DNA of 42,577 nucleotides from a virus (lineage: Duplodnaviria; Caudoviricetes). The stretch spans positions 1 through 42,577 of the IMG/VR virus record IMGVR_UViG_3300037307_000349; one strand, 5' to 3'. Below are positions 7,656-17,977 of this stretch, piece after piece. The notes under the pieces are model-generated. The model saw only the letters and a program-made list of their open reading frames with translations. It was not told the origin of the DNA and searched no databases. Each line of letters begins with the position of its first letter. The stretch's first letter is position 1. The position numbers and the translations under genes were made by a program.

Positions 7656-9616
7656 ATATACCAACATGGCTGACAGTGGATTCATTAAATAGGATGCTTT
7701 CGGAAGGTATTGCAAATCCTAGCCGCATCAGGTATTTAAAGCTTGTGGCGAAATGCAACCGTTGGTATAACGGCGAGATGAGCATTGTACCTGTTGACGA
7801 TCTGGATGATATGACAGTTGACGAAGGTCAGGCTGTAGCGAGAATTAATAAGATAAAGCAAACCGTTGATAAGCAGAACTCTATCCTGCTAAAGAATGAT
7901 CCTATTGTTCGGCGGTGGCCTCTGCTCGAAGGCGATGCCGAATTAGCAGACCAAATGGATGCCATGTTTTTGCAGGCGTGGGATGAAACTAACGGCCAGC
8001 AGGTGCTTAGGTCAATGCTACAGGAAGCGCAAATAACCGGTTTATCAAACTGCAAGGTGTATTGGAATCCATTAAATGTGTATAGTAACAAGGTAGGGCA
8101 AATAGCCATTGAGAAGTTATCGCCTGATTCAATAATCTATGATCCGCAAGCCAGCAATATGCACAGAGCGCAGGATTGCCGGTATATCATACATCATACC
8201 AGACCGCCTCTCTGGTGGTTTCTGGAACTCTACAAAGAGGAAGGCGCAGAGGCTTTAGGACTAAGGGATGCCAAAGGCCGCAAGGCAAAGAACTTTATAA
8301 CCCAAATTGGCAAGAATGTTAAGGAATATATCGCCCGAAAAAAAGGTGAGGATGTAGAAACAGTAGATGTTTACGAATTCTGGATTTGGCCGCATACGAT
8401 GTATGCAAGCGAACTTATATCAGGTGACACAATTAGGCCAAATGAATTTCCTTATGGCCTGGTTGTAACAATGGTCAACGATAAGATTCTGGAAGATCGC
8501 CTCATGCCAAACCCGTTTGTAAAAAATAAGCGCGTTGAGGTTACAGATGAATACGGATATGCCTCTAATGAAACGAAGGAAATCGGGCATAAGCGGCATC
8601 CATTCGTCCCGCTCTTCTGGATGAGGAAAATGGACAGCAACAATCAAGGCCTGTATGGAATGTATGATTGTTCCGGCGCAGTTGAGCAGATGATAACGCT
8701 TCAATATAATATAGATGCTATCAGGCGAAATATTGCTATAAATGCCAGAAGCATTGCCAACCCTACGTTAATAATTAATCCTGATGCAATAGAGGAATCT
8801 GTAGATACTATCCATTTTGCCAACGGGCAGATTTTACAGTTGAAAAATAATTATATTGCAGAGCAAGCGGTTCAGGTATTGCAAGGATCGCAGATGCCGC
8901 AACAGGTTTTTGAACTCTTAATAAATGATATTAGTGAAATTGAAAAAGCCGCTGGCTTAGAGCCAGGCGTTATTGGCTTATTCCCGCCAGGTGGAACGTC
9001 ACATACGCCGGCACTAACTATAGGGGCGTTACAAGAATCGGCCTTTGGGCCGTTATGGACGTATGTTTCAGAAATATCCGATGCTTTGCTTGATATGTCG
9101 GTTTTATACGATGGGTTGATTCAGCAGAAATATCCACCAGATAGATACATGACAGTATCGAGGACAGGCGAGAGATATTACATTGATTGGACTGACAGGC
9201 ACATCACGGCTAATTTTAAACGCCGCATCGTTAATGGTTCTACAACACCATTATTTGATGTTGAGAAAGATCAGCGAATGGCAGATGTTGCCAATATCGC
9301 TATGCAGTCTGCTATATCAAATAATCCGTTGATTATTAAAATTGCCATAGCGCAGATTGAAGCGTTGAATTATCCCTGGGCCTATCAGTTTATCGAGATT
9401 CTAAAAGATCATCTGCAAAAACTAGAGCAGATGGAACAGGGAACGCAAATGCTTGGCGCAATGGGTTTAGCCACAGGCGGCCAACAGCAGATGCAAACCC
9501 AACAAGCAATGCCGTTGCCGGCAGGCGAGGAAGAACCGGATTATTCTGGCCTTGAGGAACTTGGCTCAGAGTTAGGAATTCCACCTGAGCAATTGATGAT
9601 GGCATTGGAAGGTTAA
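7652..9616 (+). CDS. Portal protein (P22/T7-like podoviral type)
   Basis: 654 aa after terL; AQITGLSNCKVYW, YDP, HPFVP, QYNID...N motifs; Gln-rich C-terminus. Confidence 0.85.
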   Translation: MNIPTWLTVDSLNRMLSEGIANPSRIRYLKLVAKCNRWYNGEMSIVPVDDLDDMTVDEGQAVARINKIKQTVDKQNSILLKNDPIVRRWPLLEGDAELADQMDAMFLQAWDETNGQQVLRSMLQEAQITGLSNCKVYWNPLNVYSNKVGQIAIEKLSPDSIIYDPQASNMHRAQDCRYIIHHTRPPLWWFLELYKEEGAEALGLRDAKGRKAKNFITQIGKNVKEYIARKKGEDVETVDVYEFWIWPHTMYASELISGDTIRPNEFPYGLVVTMVNDKILEDRLMPNPFVKNKRVEVTDEYGYASNETKEIGHKRHPFVPLFWMRKMDSNNQGLYGMYDCSGAVEQMITLQYNIDAIRRNIAINARSIANPTLIINPDAIEESVDTIHFANGQILQLKNNYIAEQAVQVLQGSQMPQQVFELLINDISEIEKAAGLEPGVIGLFPPGGTSHTPALTIGALQESAFGPLWTYVSEISDALLDMSVLYDGLIQQKYPPDRYMTVSRTGERYYIDWTDRHITANFKRRIVNGSTTPLFDVEKDQRMADVANIAMQSAISNNPLIIKIAIAQIEALNYPWAYQFIEILKDHLQKLEQMEQGTQMLGAMGLATGGQQQMQTQQAMPLPAGEEEPDYSGLEELGSELGIPPEQLMMALEG

Positions 9617-9629
9617 GGAGAGATATTTA

Positions 9630-10649
9630 ATGGCAGAAACTACAGAACAAAAGGGCGCAGTTGCAAATCCTCCGGGTGAATCGAAGGCCGCGACATCCGA
9701 AGGTAGCAAACCCACCGAACCGCAAACCGGGCAAGTTGACCTAGCCGCAAGATACAAGATTAATAAACTTGGTGATGAGGTGCTAGGCGATGAATTGATT
9801 AAAGGCTACAATAGAGGTCGTATGTTTGATAAGACGCAAAGCGAGCTTCACAAAACACAGTCAGATTTAGAGAAAATAAGCACTGCTTATAAACAAGTCT
9901 CTAACGAACTTGAACGTATAAAGCAGGAACAAATGGTCAGAGAACAGTTAAGCCGCTTAATGCCGCAGAGGTCAAATGATCAAGAAGATGAATTGGCCTA
10001 CCAAGAAGAGGAAGCCACCAAGCCGATTGACCAGGATGATATAGTCCGGCGCATTTCCAATGTTGCAACAAAGCCGGTAGAACAGATAATAAATAAGTTG
10101 GGATTATCCCAATCTGATGAGATACCGGATATTGACACTTTAATTGAAAGTAAATTAGAGCAAAAAGAAGCACAACTAAAAAGGAAAAGCGAGCAAGAGA
10201 ACTGGATAAGGCAGGCCAGAGAAGAGGACAGTAAAATGCTTGCCAGCAACTATGGGTCAGTGTTAAATCCGGCCGAAATAAAAAGCATCTTAGATATGTT
10301 AGATGTTGGTGTCACTTTACAGCGACGGGCCGAAGTAACTATAACTGATCCAGAGCAGAGTGAGCAAGCAGTCGAGGATTATGCCAGAAGCAGGGACTTG
10401 CTAATTGGGGCCGCAGAGAAAATTGCAGATGCTAAGATAAAAGCGGAGAAAAAAGCCCGCGAAGATGAGATAAGAGCGCAATTATCCAGTGGCCGCTATC
10501 CTGGCCTTGAACCACTAACAAATGAGCCGAAACAGCCTATCTTTGACGATAAAAAATATCTTGACGCAAGGAAAAAGGCTGTTGAACGCGCCGCAAAGGA
10601 ACAGGAAGCTAAACTAATGGCTATGCGGCAAATTGGTGGCAAGGCGTAG
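9630..10649 (+). CDS. Capsid scaffolding protein
   Basis: Charged helical protein between portal and capsid; DELIKGY...DKTQ motif; AAGGAG SD. Confidence 0.75.
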   Translation: MAETTEQKGAVANPPGESKAATSEGSKPTEPQTGQVDLAARYKINKLGDEVLGDELIKGYNRGRMFDKTQSELHKTQSDLEKISTAYKQVSNELERIKQEQMVREQLSRLMPQRSNDQEDELAYQEEEATKPIDQDDIVRRISNVATKPVEQIINKLGLSQSDEIPDIDTLIESKLEQKEAQLKRKSEQENWIRQAREEDSKMLASNYGSVLNPAEIKSILDMLDVGVTLQRRAEVTITDPEQSEQAVEDYARSRDLLIGAAEKIADAKIKAEKKAREDEIRAQLSSGRYPGLEPLTNEPKQPIFDDKKYLDARKKAVERAAKEQEAKLMAMRQIGGKA

Positions 10650-10682
10650 TTTGCTTCTTTTTAATATAAGAGGTGAACTATA

Positions 10683-11834
10683 ATGGCAATTACACTTACA
10701 AGCACGACTTCACAATCTATAGACACAGAATATTCATTATCTGATATGAATGTCTATAATCAGTTGATGGACGCTCATCCAATATCAACTCCTACGCTGA
10801 GAATACTTTTAGCCAACCAGGAAGAGAAGACTCTCGGCCCTGATGGAGAATTTCATATTCCCATCGTAACTAAGGATTATAGCCCTTCAGTAGCACAGCA
10901 GAACTTCCGTTTCCCAACCGATGATATAGACAACATCACGATGCAAAAATGGTCACCGGTATATTTTGCCAGTGGCGCAGGCACTAACGCTGTCGCTATG
11001 GCAAGATATGATACGCCTTATGCGCGTATGAATCATATTGACCTGAAAGTTGCATCCGTCCATGCCGGTATAACCAAAGCATTGAATTATCTGCTCTGGT
11101 ATAACTGGAACACAACCGCTATCGTTGGTCAACAGATAGATGTCAATAGCCAGTTGTCAGCGATGACAAACCCACCTGAAGAACTTTACGTAAAGAATGT
11201 AGCTCAGGTGAGTGAATTGATATATTCAATTCCTATGTTGACTAGAAAGACCGTAACAGGCTATACGCTTGGCAATATCGAGGTAACTACAACGAGCAAC
11301 CAATACTGGCACGTAGTAAATACTGATGCAAGTGGAGCAACTATCACACGTTCTACCAGTGGTAGCAACGTTGATGTCGTAACGGCTGTTGATTCAACTA
11401 CCTGTAAAGACCTTGAGGCCGATGATATTAACGACCATCTGGACAAGGTGACTGAGGGAAATCAATACACATTGTATGGTGCATGTCCTCCATCGCTTTA
11501 TCGCCAGTTAAGGAATATCATCACAGCGCAAAATACAAGGAACGCAGATAGCCCATTAGCCGATCTCGGTATCCGATCCAGTATAACATGGGATGAATAT
11601 AATGTTGTGTTCTATATTGAGCCTGTCATGAGGGCATTATGGCCTAACAGTATATTCTTCTTCGATCCTACCGCTATTCAGTTGGTTCTGGAATCTCGTT
11701 TTGCACCGCAAGTATGGCAGTGGGAGAGAATACCTGGAACAAATATGTTCGGTATGGCGGTATTTTTGTCTTATCAGTTGGTCAGGCCAAACGCTCAGGG
11801 CGTTAGTGCGATGCACGGCTATAAGGCTAGTTAA
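10683..11834 (+). CDS. Major capsid protein
   Basis: 383 aa following the scaffold; GAGGTGA SD; size and C-terminal beta-rich pattern fit the HK97 fold. Confidence 0.8.
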   Translation: MAITLTSTTSQSIDTEYSLSDMNVYNQLMDAHPISTPTLRILLANQEEKTLGPDGEFHIPIVTKDYSPSVAQQNFRFPTDDIDNITMQKWSPVYFASGAGTNAVAMARYDTPYARMNHIDLKVASVHAGITKALNYLLWYNWNTTAIVGQQIDVNSQLSAMTNPPEELYVKNVAQVSELIYSIPMLTRKTVTGYTLGNIEVTTTSNQYWHVVNTDASGATITRSTSGSNVDVVTAVDSTTCKDLEADDINDHLDKVTEGNQYTLYGACPPSLYRQLRNIITAQNTRNADSPLADLGIRSSITWDEYNVVFYIEPVMRALWPNSIFFFDPTAIQLVLESRFAPQVWQWERIPGTNMFGMAVFLSYQLVRPNAQGVSAMHGYKAS

Positions 11835-11849
11835 GGATGGTGATGAATA

Positions 11850-12350
11850 ATGTATTTTGTAACAAACGCAGATTTAGATAAGATTTATACTGAACGCAAA
11901 TTTGAACTTGGCGCAAGATCTAGGGATGAGCAGGCAAGAGAATTCATATTCGTAAAATATGAAAGCGATCCGAGTGCTGATAGCACGGCTGTTGTTGGCG
12001 CTGCTGGACTTCTTGCATTGGGGCTTACATCCTCATTTCTTGAATATGAATGCACATGCGACCAGGCAGATGCCGCGTGTTTGGAGAACAGGCCGATGGG
12101 ATTTTTGCAGGCGGCACTAGCTGACGGTAATTTTGGATGGGCGCAATACAAGGGCAAAAACAGGAAGGCCATAACAACTGGCGGCGGAGTAGATGCCGCA
12201 GGCGAATTGCTGTTTGCTCTTGGAAATGGGACTGTTGATGGAGGAACTGGGCCGGCCAACTGCACATATACATCTGTAGGTGTTGCATTGGCTGTTGATT
12301 CTGGGACTACATTGGCTGTAGGTTCGGTAGATATTAATATCCAAATTTAA
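11850..12350 (+). CDS. Capsid cement/decoration protein
   Basis: Small Gly/Ala-rich protein directly after the capsid gene; LG.R..D...REFIFVK, FGWAQYKG, VGVALA motifs. Confidence 0.7.
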   Translation: MYFVTNADLDKIYTERKFELGARSRDEQAREFIFVKYESDPSADSTAVVGAAGLLALGLTSSFLEYECTCDQADAACLENRPMGFLQAALADGNFGWAQYKGKNRKAITTGGGVDAAGELLFALGNGTVDGGTGPANCTYTSVGVALAVDSGTTLAVGSVDINIQI

Positions 12351-12370
12351 TCCCTTCTTTTCATAACCTG

Positions 12371-12398
12371 ATAGGGGCCATATCCTAATGGCCTCTAT
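12371..12398 (+). terminator. Stem-loop after the capsid genes
   Basis: ATAGGGGCCAT-ATCCTA-ATGGCCTCTAT; weak U tail. Confidence 0.45.
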
Positions 12399-12418
12399 AC
12401 AAAATTTATGGAGTTTAT

Positions 12419-12619
12419 ATGCCACAGCAATTTAGTGGAATGAGTACAGGTACTACTCTTGGTAAGGGGTTGGAAGAAGCCTATAAAAATAAAAAATATC
12501 TGAAAGATATAGAATTACTTAGCAAATTTATTGCTAATAATACAGGATACTGCGTTTCCAAAATATCAGCAAATCCCAAGTCGGCTACTATAATTTTAAG
12601 GGCAAAATCTTATGAATAA
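12419..12619 (+). CDS. Small hypothetical protein
   Basis: GGAG SD; stop overlaps the next gene. Confidence 0.5.
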   Translation: MPQQFSGMSTGTTLGKGLEEAYKNKKYLKDIELLSKFIANNTGYCVSKISANPKSATIILRAKSYE

Positions 12620-14390
12620 TCCAGCATTTCCAGGACTTCCTGATATTGTATTTGATAATAGGTTCTATCTAGGCGATTCAATACTACTAGAGCCAATAGC
12701 GTCAATTTTCAGTGAAGTTATCGGGAAAAAAGTTTATATACGTTCCGGTTATTCGGAACTATTTGACAATCATCCCAATATAATTGGCATTGATGATTCC
12801 GGATTGCCGGATAATGCCCGTATTGTTGATATGGAAGAGGCGATCTCATCAACGCAAATTAAGCGTTTTATGGGCAAAATCAGGTATGTTCCAAGACCTG
12901 GCAAAATATTGCGAATGTATGAAAGCGCAGGACTTAGCGCATCTAATATTCAATCGCCACAACTTTATTTATCAAGTGATGAGATAAAATTTGGAAACGA
13001 CATAAAAACAATAATCCCGTCTCCACGAATAGGGATAATTCTGGAAAGCAGAGCAAACCTAAAGACGTGGCCCTATACGAAATTATTGGTCAATCAATTG
13101 AATCGTATGGACTATTCTATTTTTATAATAGGAAAGGACAATCATAATAATCTGCCTGGAATTAAAATTATAGGCCAGCCACTTAGACAATTAATGGCCT
13201 ATATTTCAGCTATGGATTTAGTGATTGGACCTGATACGGGAACGATGCACCTTGCGGCATCATTGAATGTGGATATTATGGTATTAACAAGGCAGATGTG
13301 GAAGGATATTTATGAGATATACCAGAATGCCGAAATTATAGCGGCTGGAAATTCACGCTATAGTTTATGGACTATTCCCGTCAAGAGCGTATTAAAACGC
13401 GTTGATAGTAAGTTTGAAAAACCAATACATAAAAAGTTAGTGCCGAAGATAAATAAACGTTCCGTTGCTTTGTTCAGGCTTGACGGCCTTGGCGGAACGG
13501 TAACACTCAGCGATCATGCTAAGAAAATATATGAATTAACTGGCATGAAATCTGTGCCAATTGTCAGAAGTTACGCCGAATTGTTTAGCAAGAATCCTTA
13601 TGTTGACTCTGTTGAAACTGTCGGATATGTTAGATGGGATGAATGCCTGCAAGAGATGTTGGCTAAATATGATTGTTTAGCCGAGATACGGTTTGCCATT
13701 GGCAAATGGCATCAGAAGGACATAATTTTTCATCAGGATTTTAGTGATCTGCAAGGCATATTCGATAAGTTTCCTAAAGACTATAGAGATTTGGAACAAT
13801 ACCAGATGCACCATGTTCAATTGACTGACAAGATACTTGGATTATCGTATGACACTATTGATTCGCAAATATATGACTATGATAAGTTTCAGGGTTTGCC
13901 ATCGAAATACATAGTTATCAACAATGGCGTTGACGCGCAGCATAGGGGCATGAAGCAAACTAAGACCTGGGATTACTGGAATACATTAGTTGAATTGCTG
14001 GAAGATATAGAGATAATTCAGGTTGGCACTAAATATGACGACCTTATAGAGGGTGCAATAGACCTACGGAATAAGACAACATTGCCACAATTGTTTTCCA
14101 TCATCAAGGATTCTTCGCTGGTTATTTGCGGCGAGGGTGGACTGATGCACCTAGCCTTTGCGACAAATGCACCGAATACTTTAGTTTTACGTGGCCCAAC
14201 AACAGGAAAATTATTTGAGTATCCCGGTCACAAATTTATAGATACCTATGTCTGCGGCGGGTGTTGGTCAAGAACGGATGATTGGTACAATCGTTGTTCT
14301 AAATATATCAACAAGGCATGTATGAATACTATAACACCACAAAGAGTAGCATATCAAGCACGGAGAATACTAGATGAAGTTATGGCTTAG
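12612..14390 (+). CDS. Tandem two-domain GT9 (heptosyltransferase-like) glycosyltransferase
   Basis: Domain 1: LGDSILL...KTWPY...DLVIGPDTGTMHLAASL. Domain 2: RLDGLGG...KTWDY...LVICGEGGLMHLAFA...GPT...CGGCW...C...CM. Confidence 0.88.
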   Translation: MNNPAFPGLPDIVFDNRFYLGDSILLEPIASIFSEVIGKKVYIRSGYSELFDNHPNIIGIDDSGLPDNARIVDMEEAISSTQIKRFMGKIRYVPRPGKILRMYESAGLSASNIQSPQLYLSSDEIKFGNDIKTIIPSPRIGIILESRANLKTWPYTKLLVNQLNRMDYSIFIIGKDNHNNLPGIKIIGQPLRQLMAYISAMDLVIGPDTGTMHLAASLNVDIMVLTRQMWKDIYEIYQNAEIIAAGNSRYSLWTIPVKSVLKRVDSKFEKPIHKKLVPKINKRSVALFRLDGLGGTVTLSDHAKKIYELTGMKSVPIVRSYAELFSKNPYVDSVETVGYVRWDECLQEMLAKYDCLAEIRFAIGKWHQKDIIFHQDFSDLQGIFDKFPKDYRDLEQYQMHHVQLTDKILGLSYDTIDSQIYDYDKFQGLPSKYIVINNGVDAQHRGMKQTKTWDYWNTLVELLEDIEIIQVGTKYDDLIEGAIDLRNKTTLPQLFSIIKDSSLVICGEGGLMHLAFATNAPNTLVLRGPTTGKLFEYPGHKFIDTYVCGGCWSRTDDWYNRCSKYINKACMNTITPQRVAYQARRILDEVMA

Positions 14391-15438
14391 ATTACATGGT
14401 TACGAGTTTTGTTCGTGGACGGTAGTGTGGTCAAATTTAGTAGAGACGTTTACGGATATGGGATATGAAGTATGTGGGGTTCAGGACCCTGGTGATCCAT
14501 CAGAATACATAGAAATTTGGTGGGGCGATCCGCAATTCTGGAAATGGTCAAGCCGTCCAACTAAGTTGCGAGTAGCTATATGCCTATCAGAGGCTAGGTC
14601 AATCCTTGCATCTGGCAAAGTTGCCACATTGGAAAATTTGCAGGATAGTGATTTGATAATCTGTCCATCAGAATCAGCCACGTTAGCATTTAAGGAATCT
14701 CCTTTAAATATGCCGATAGTGGTTGTGCCTTTTGGTGTTAATCCTAAAGAGTTCAAATATATTAAGCGTGATTGGGAAGGAACATTAAAGTTTTATCATG
14801 GCGGCGTTACGCAGTATCGCAAAGGAAGCTGGTTAGTTCCAGAAGCGTTTACCAGAGCCTTTAGGGAATCAGACGATGTTTTGTTGACTATAACATCACC
14901 CAAAGTGTCTCCTATGTTTATGGATTTGCAGATGGAATATGAGAACAATCCACAAATAACTTTTATAAGTGATATTAGTGAATCGGCAATGGATTATTAC
15001 AAGAAACATCATATTTATGTGTCTCCCCATCTTAGTGAGGGATTTGGATTGATGATACCTGAAGCGATGGCTACAGGGATGCCATGTCTGGTTTCACGGT
15101 GTTCGGCACCTAGGGAATGGTTTGATAATAACTATGGTGCATGGATTGAAATAAGCGAGACTTATGGCCCGATAGATGCCTGTCTACCCAATACACCTGG
15201 GTTCTGGCGCGTGCCAGATGTCGAATCGCTTATTGATAATATGCTGGATGCTTATGAACATCGGACAGAATGGGCAGAAAAAGGCAAGAAAGCATCAAAG
15301 TTTATTCACCAAAATATGACATGGAAACATACTTGCGAAAATATAATCGAAAAAATTGAGGAGGTATTGGATGCCAAAAATATCGGCAGTTATGCCAGTG
15401 TTCAACGAAGAGAAATTAATGCCATCAGTATTGCCTAA
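14374..15438 (+). CDS. GT4 (GT-B) glycosyltransferase
   Basis: ICPSE, VPFGVN, RKG, EGFGLMIPEAMATGMP (EX7E motif). Confidence 0.9.
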   Translation: MKLWLRLHGYEFCSWTVVWSNLVETFTDMGYEVCGVQDPGDPSEYIEIWWGDPQFWKWSSRPTKLRVAICLSEARSILASGKVATLENLQDSDLIICPSESATLAFKESPLNMPIVVVPFGVNPKEFKYIKRDWEGTLKFYHGGVTQYRKGSWLVPEAFTRAFRESDDVLLTITSPKVSPMFMDLQMEYENNPQITFISDISESAMDYYKKHHIYVSPHLSEGFGLMIPEAMATGMPCLVSRCSAPREWFDNNYGAWIEISETYGPIDACLPNTPGFWRVPDVESLIDNMLDAYEHRTEWAEKGKKASKFIHQNMTWKHTCENIIEKIEEVLDAKNIGSYASVQRREINAISIA

Positions 15439-16270
15439 TATTCTGCCGCATGTAGATGAGCTTGTTATTGTTGACGGAGGCCCGCAGGGGCCGTCTACCG
15501 ATAGGACATCGGAGATAATAAGGGATACAGGTGGCGAAAAGGTAGTTTACAGATCGGGAAAATATGTCTTGCCTGATGGGGCGTGGGATTGCGCTACTCA
15601 GAAAAATACAGGTCTAAGTCTTTGTAGTGGAGATATTGTTCTGTTATTAAGTGCGGATATGTTGTTCTATAATCTGGAATTTTTGGCTGAAATTTTAAGA
15701 ACAAATGAATCTCATAAACTATTCTTTGTCCCGACAATGGAATTCTGGCTAGATACTAGCAGTATCAGGCTTTACAGCCCCGATGGAGATTATCTAACAG
15801 TACCTTCGCAAATATTACAACCAGTGGCGTTTTCAAAAACTATAAGGCCTGTGTACCAGACAGATGCGGCGTTGCGAATACAGGAAATAAGGCTTGACCA
15901 GAGGTTGCTAGTGCCGTCAACGACAAAGTATCATTTGGGTTGGATAAGGTCGTTTCCTCAGCAAGTAGCCAAACATATATGTCATGTCCAACAGCACAGG
16001 TGGGGCGATCATGGCGAGAATCTACTGCGCGGGGAAAAGCGAGATTTGGAATTATGGGCGATTCTGCATGTTCTATCATATCGTTCAATACCGCATGTTC
16101 CGATACAATGCAATTTGCCTAAAGAAATGGAATCGTTGATGGATATGAAATTCAACGATGGTAGCGAAAGAGTAATGCAGGATTTTGAACAGGAATATGG
16201 AATATCCGTATTGAAACTTAGATCTAAACAGGAAGTTTCTGATAAGAAAGTTCGTGTGGTTAATATATAA
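15371..16270 (+). CDS. GT2 (GT-A) glycosyltransferase
   Basis: ISAVMPVFNEE, DELVIVDGG...STDRT, LLSAD; ATG at 15371 after GAGGAGG. Confidence 0.85.
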   Translation: MPKISAVMPVFNEEKLMPSVLPNILPHVDELVIVDGGPQGPSTDRTSEIIRDTGGEKVVYRSGKYVLPDGAWDCATQKNTGLSLCSGDIVLLLSADMLFYNLEFLAEILRTNESHKLFFVPTMEFWLDTSSIRLYSPDGDYLTVPSQILQPVAFSKTIRPVYQTDAALRIQEIRLDQRLLVPSTTKYHLGWIRSFPQQVAKHICHVQQHRWGDHGENLLRGEKRDLELWAILHVLSYRSIPHVPIQCNLPKEMESLMDMKFNDGSERVMQDFEQEYGISVLKLRSKQEVSDKKVRVVNI

Positions 16271-16284
16271 TATGGAAGATAATT

Positions 16285-16983
16285 ATGATTGGATTAGTTG
16301 AAGATATAATGACTGACGAAGTCGGAATAGTTTATCCAGATTACGATAGTATGGTTTTGGAAGATGACAAACCCTATAGGAGTGCGCGTGGATGGGATTA
16401 TGATGCTATCGCTCATTATGGAGAGTTCCAAAACACAGATATTTTACTTGATATTGGTGGTGCATGTTCTTATTTTTTTATCTATCTGTGCAAACACATA
16501 AAAGAAAGTTGGTGTATCGATCCAATATATTCCTATGCAGAGAGATGGGCAGTACCCTGGCTTAAATCACTAAAACATTATTCAGAATACACAAGCGGAC
16601 GCGCTAGATTGGTGATCCAGAACGCGGAAAAGTTGCCATTTGAAGATAGTTATTTTGATAAAGTTATCACCTGTTCTGCTATGGAACATTTTGAGGGAAC
16701 GGATGATATTAGTTGCGTCATAGAAATAAGGCGTGTATTGAAACCTAATGGTCTATTTGTTGGGACTGTAGATTTTAATTGGTTTAATGAATATATCCCT
16801 GAAAAATATGGAGAGGCTAGGTTTTATAATTATCAGTCATTATATGAAAGGATAATTATACCTTCTGGATTAAAATTATTGGGCAAAGACCATTTGATGG
16901 ATAAGATAATGCCAGATATTAGCGTATATCCCGATCAAAAAAATATTATTCAAGCTGTTTTCTTTGCGCTAAAGAAGGAGTAA
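16285..16983 (+). CDS. Class I SAM-dependent methyltransferase (type 11-like)
   Basis: LLDIGG, LPFEDSYFDKVITCSAMEH, RVLKPNG. Confidence 0.9.
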   Translation: MIGLVEDIMTDEVGIVYPDYDSMVLEDDKPYRSARGWDYDAIAHYGEFQNTDILLDIGGACSYFFIYLCKHIKESWCIDPIYSYAERWAVPWLKSLKHYSEYTSGRARLVIQNAEKLPFEDSYFDKVITCSAMEHFEGTDDISCVIEIRRVLKPNGLFVGTVDFNWFNEYIPEKYGEARFYNYQSLYERIIIPSGLKLLGKDHLMDKIMPDISVYPDQKNIIQAVFFALKKE

Positions 16984-16984
16984 C

Positions 16985-17977
16985 ATGGCTAGCAAAATTA
17001 AAGTATCAGCGCCGTGTAGAATTGACATCGGCGGTACATGGGATATGGATATGTTTATAATCCCATATCAAGATATAAGACCATCTACAATTACAATGGC
17101 ATTGGACTATCGCACCTATGTTGAGATTGAAGATTACAAAGACGGATATATTTTTGTTAGCGAGGGAGATGAAGAAGAGATAATAAAATATAATTTGCTA
17201 CCATTTACGGGCAAATTCGGTCTCATATACTCTATTGTTACATATTTTGGCATACAGAATTTATCTATAAAAATACATAAGGTGTATCCTTATAAAAGCG
17301 GGTTGGGTGGTTCTGGTAGTTTGGCTTCATGTCTTATATTCGCAATTAATAAATACCTAAACTTATGTATGTCTAGGAAAAAAATAATAAAGTTAGCTCA
17401 TGATATAGAGAATTCTCTATGTATCAGTCATTGTGGGTATCAGGATCAATGCGCCGCTATCTATGGTGGAATAAAACAGTGGACATGGGGCATTGACGGC
17501 AAATTCCAATATGAAGATCTTATTGATTCCAGGGATGGTATTCAGAAGCGTCTCGTTATTGCATATACCGGAATGTCGCATCCATGCAATATTAATGATT
17601 TACAGATTAATTCATACTTATCATCTAATAATCGTCAGGACTGGTTAGACATTAATCAGAATACAATCGTCTGCGCAAAGGCTATAAAGGAAAAAGCATG
17701 GGCAGATGTTTCAGAGTGCGTCAGTAAAGAGCATAAGATTAGGATTAATATTGTGCCAGAAAGATTGTCGGAAAATGCGGCAATATTCCAACAAGAATGT
17801 GATAGTATTGGACATGGTTTTGGTATTGCTGGTTCTGGTGGTTGTGTATTTTATCTAGCCGATAAGCCCGAAAAAGCAAAGATTGTTGAAAATAAATGGG
17901 TACGACTGTGTAGTGAAATTTATGGTGCGAAAATGATAGAACCAAAAATAGTAATACGGGGGGTTTTGAGTGAGTAA
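16985..17977 (+). CDS. GHMP-family sugar kinase (HddA heptose-7-phosphate kinase-like)
   Basis: SAPCRIDIGG.WD, PYKSGLGGSG, GYQDQCAAIYGG, AYTG, GIAGSGGC. Confidence 0.85.
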   Translation: MASKIKVSAPCRIDIGGTWDMDMFIIPYQDIRPSTITMALDYRTYVEIEDYKDGYIFVSEGDEEEIIKYNLLPFTGKFGLIYSIVTYFGIQNLSIKIHKVYPYKSGLGGSGSLASCLIFAINKYLNLCMSRKKIIKLAHDIENSLCISHCGYQDQCAAIYGGIKQWTWGIDGKFQYEDLIDSRDGIQKRLVIAYTGMSHPCNINDLQINSYLSSNNRQDWLDINQNTIVCAKAIKEKAWADVSECVSKEHKIRINIVPERLSENAAIFQQECDSIGHGFGIAGSGGCVFYLADKPEKAKIVENKWVRLCSEIYGAKMIEPKIVIRGVLSE

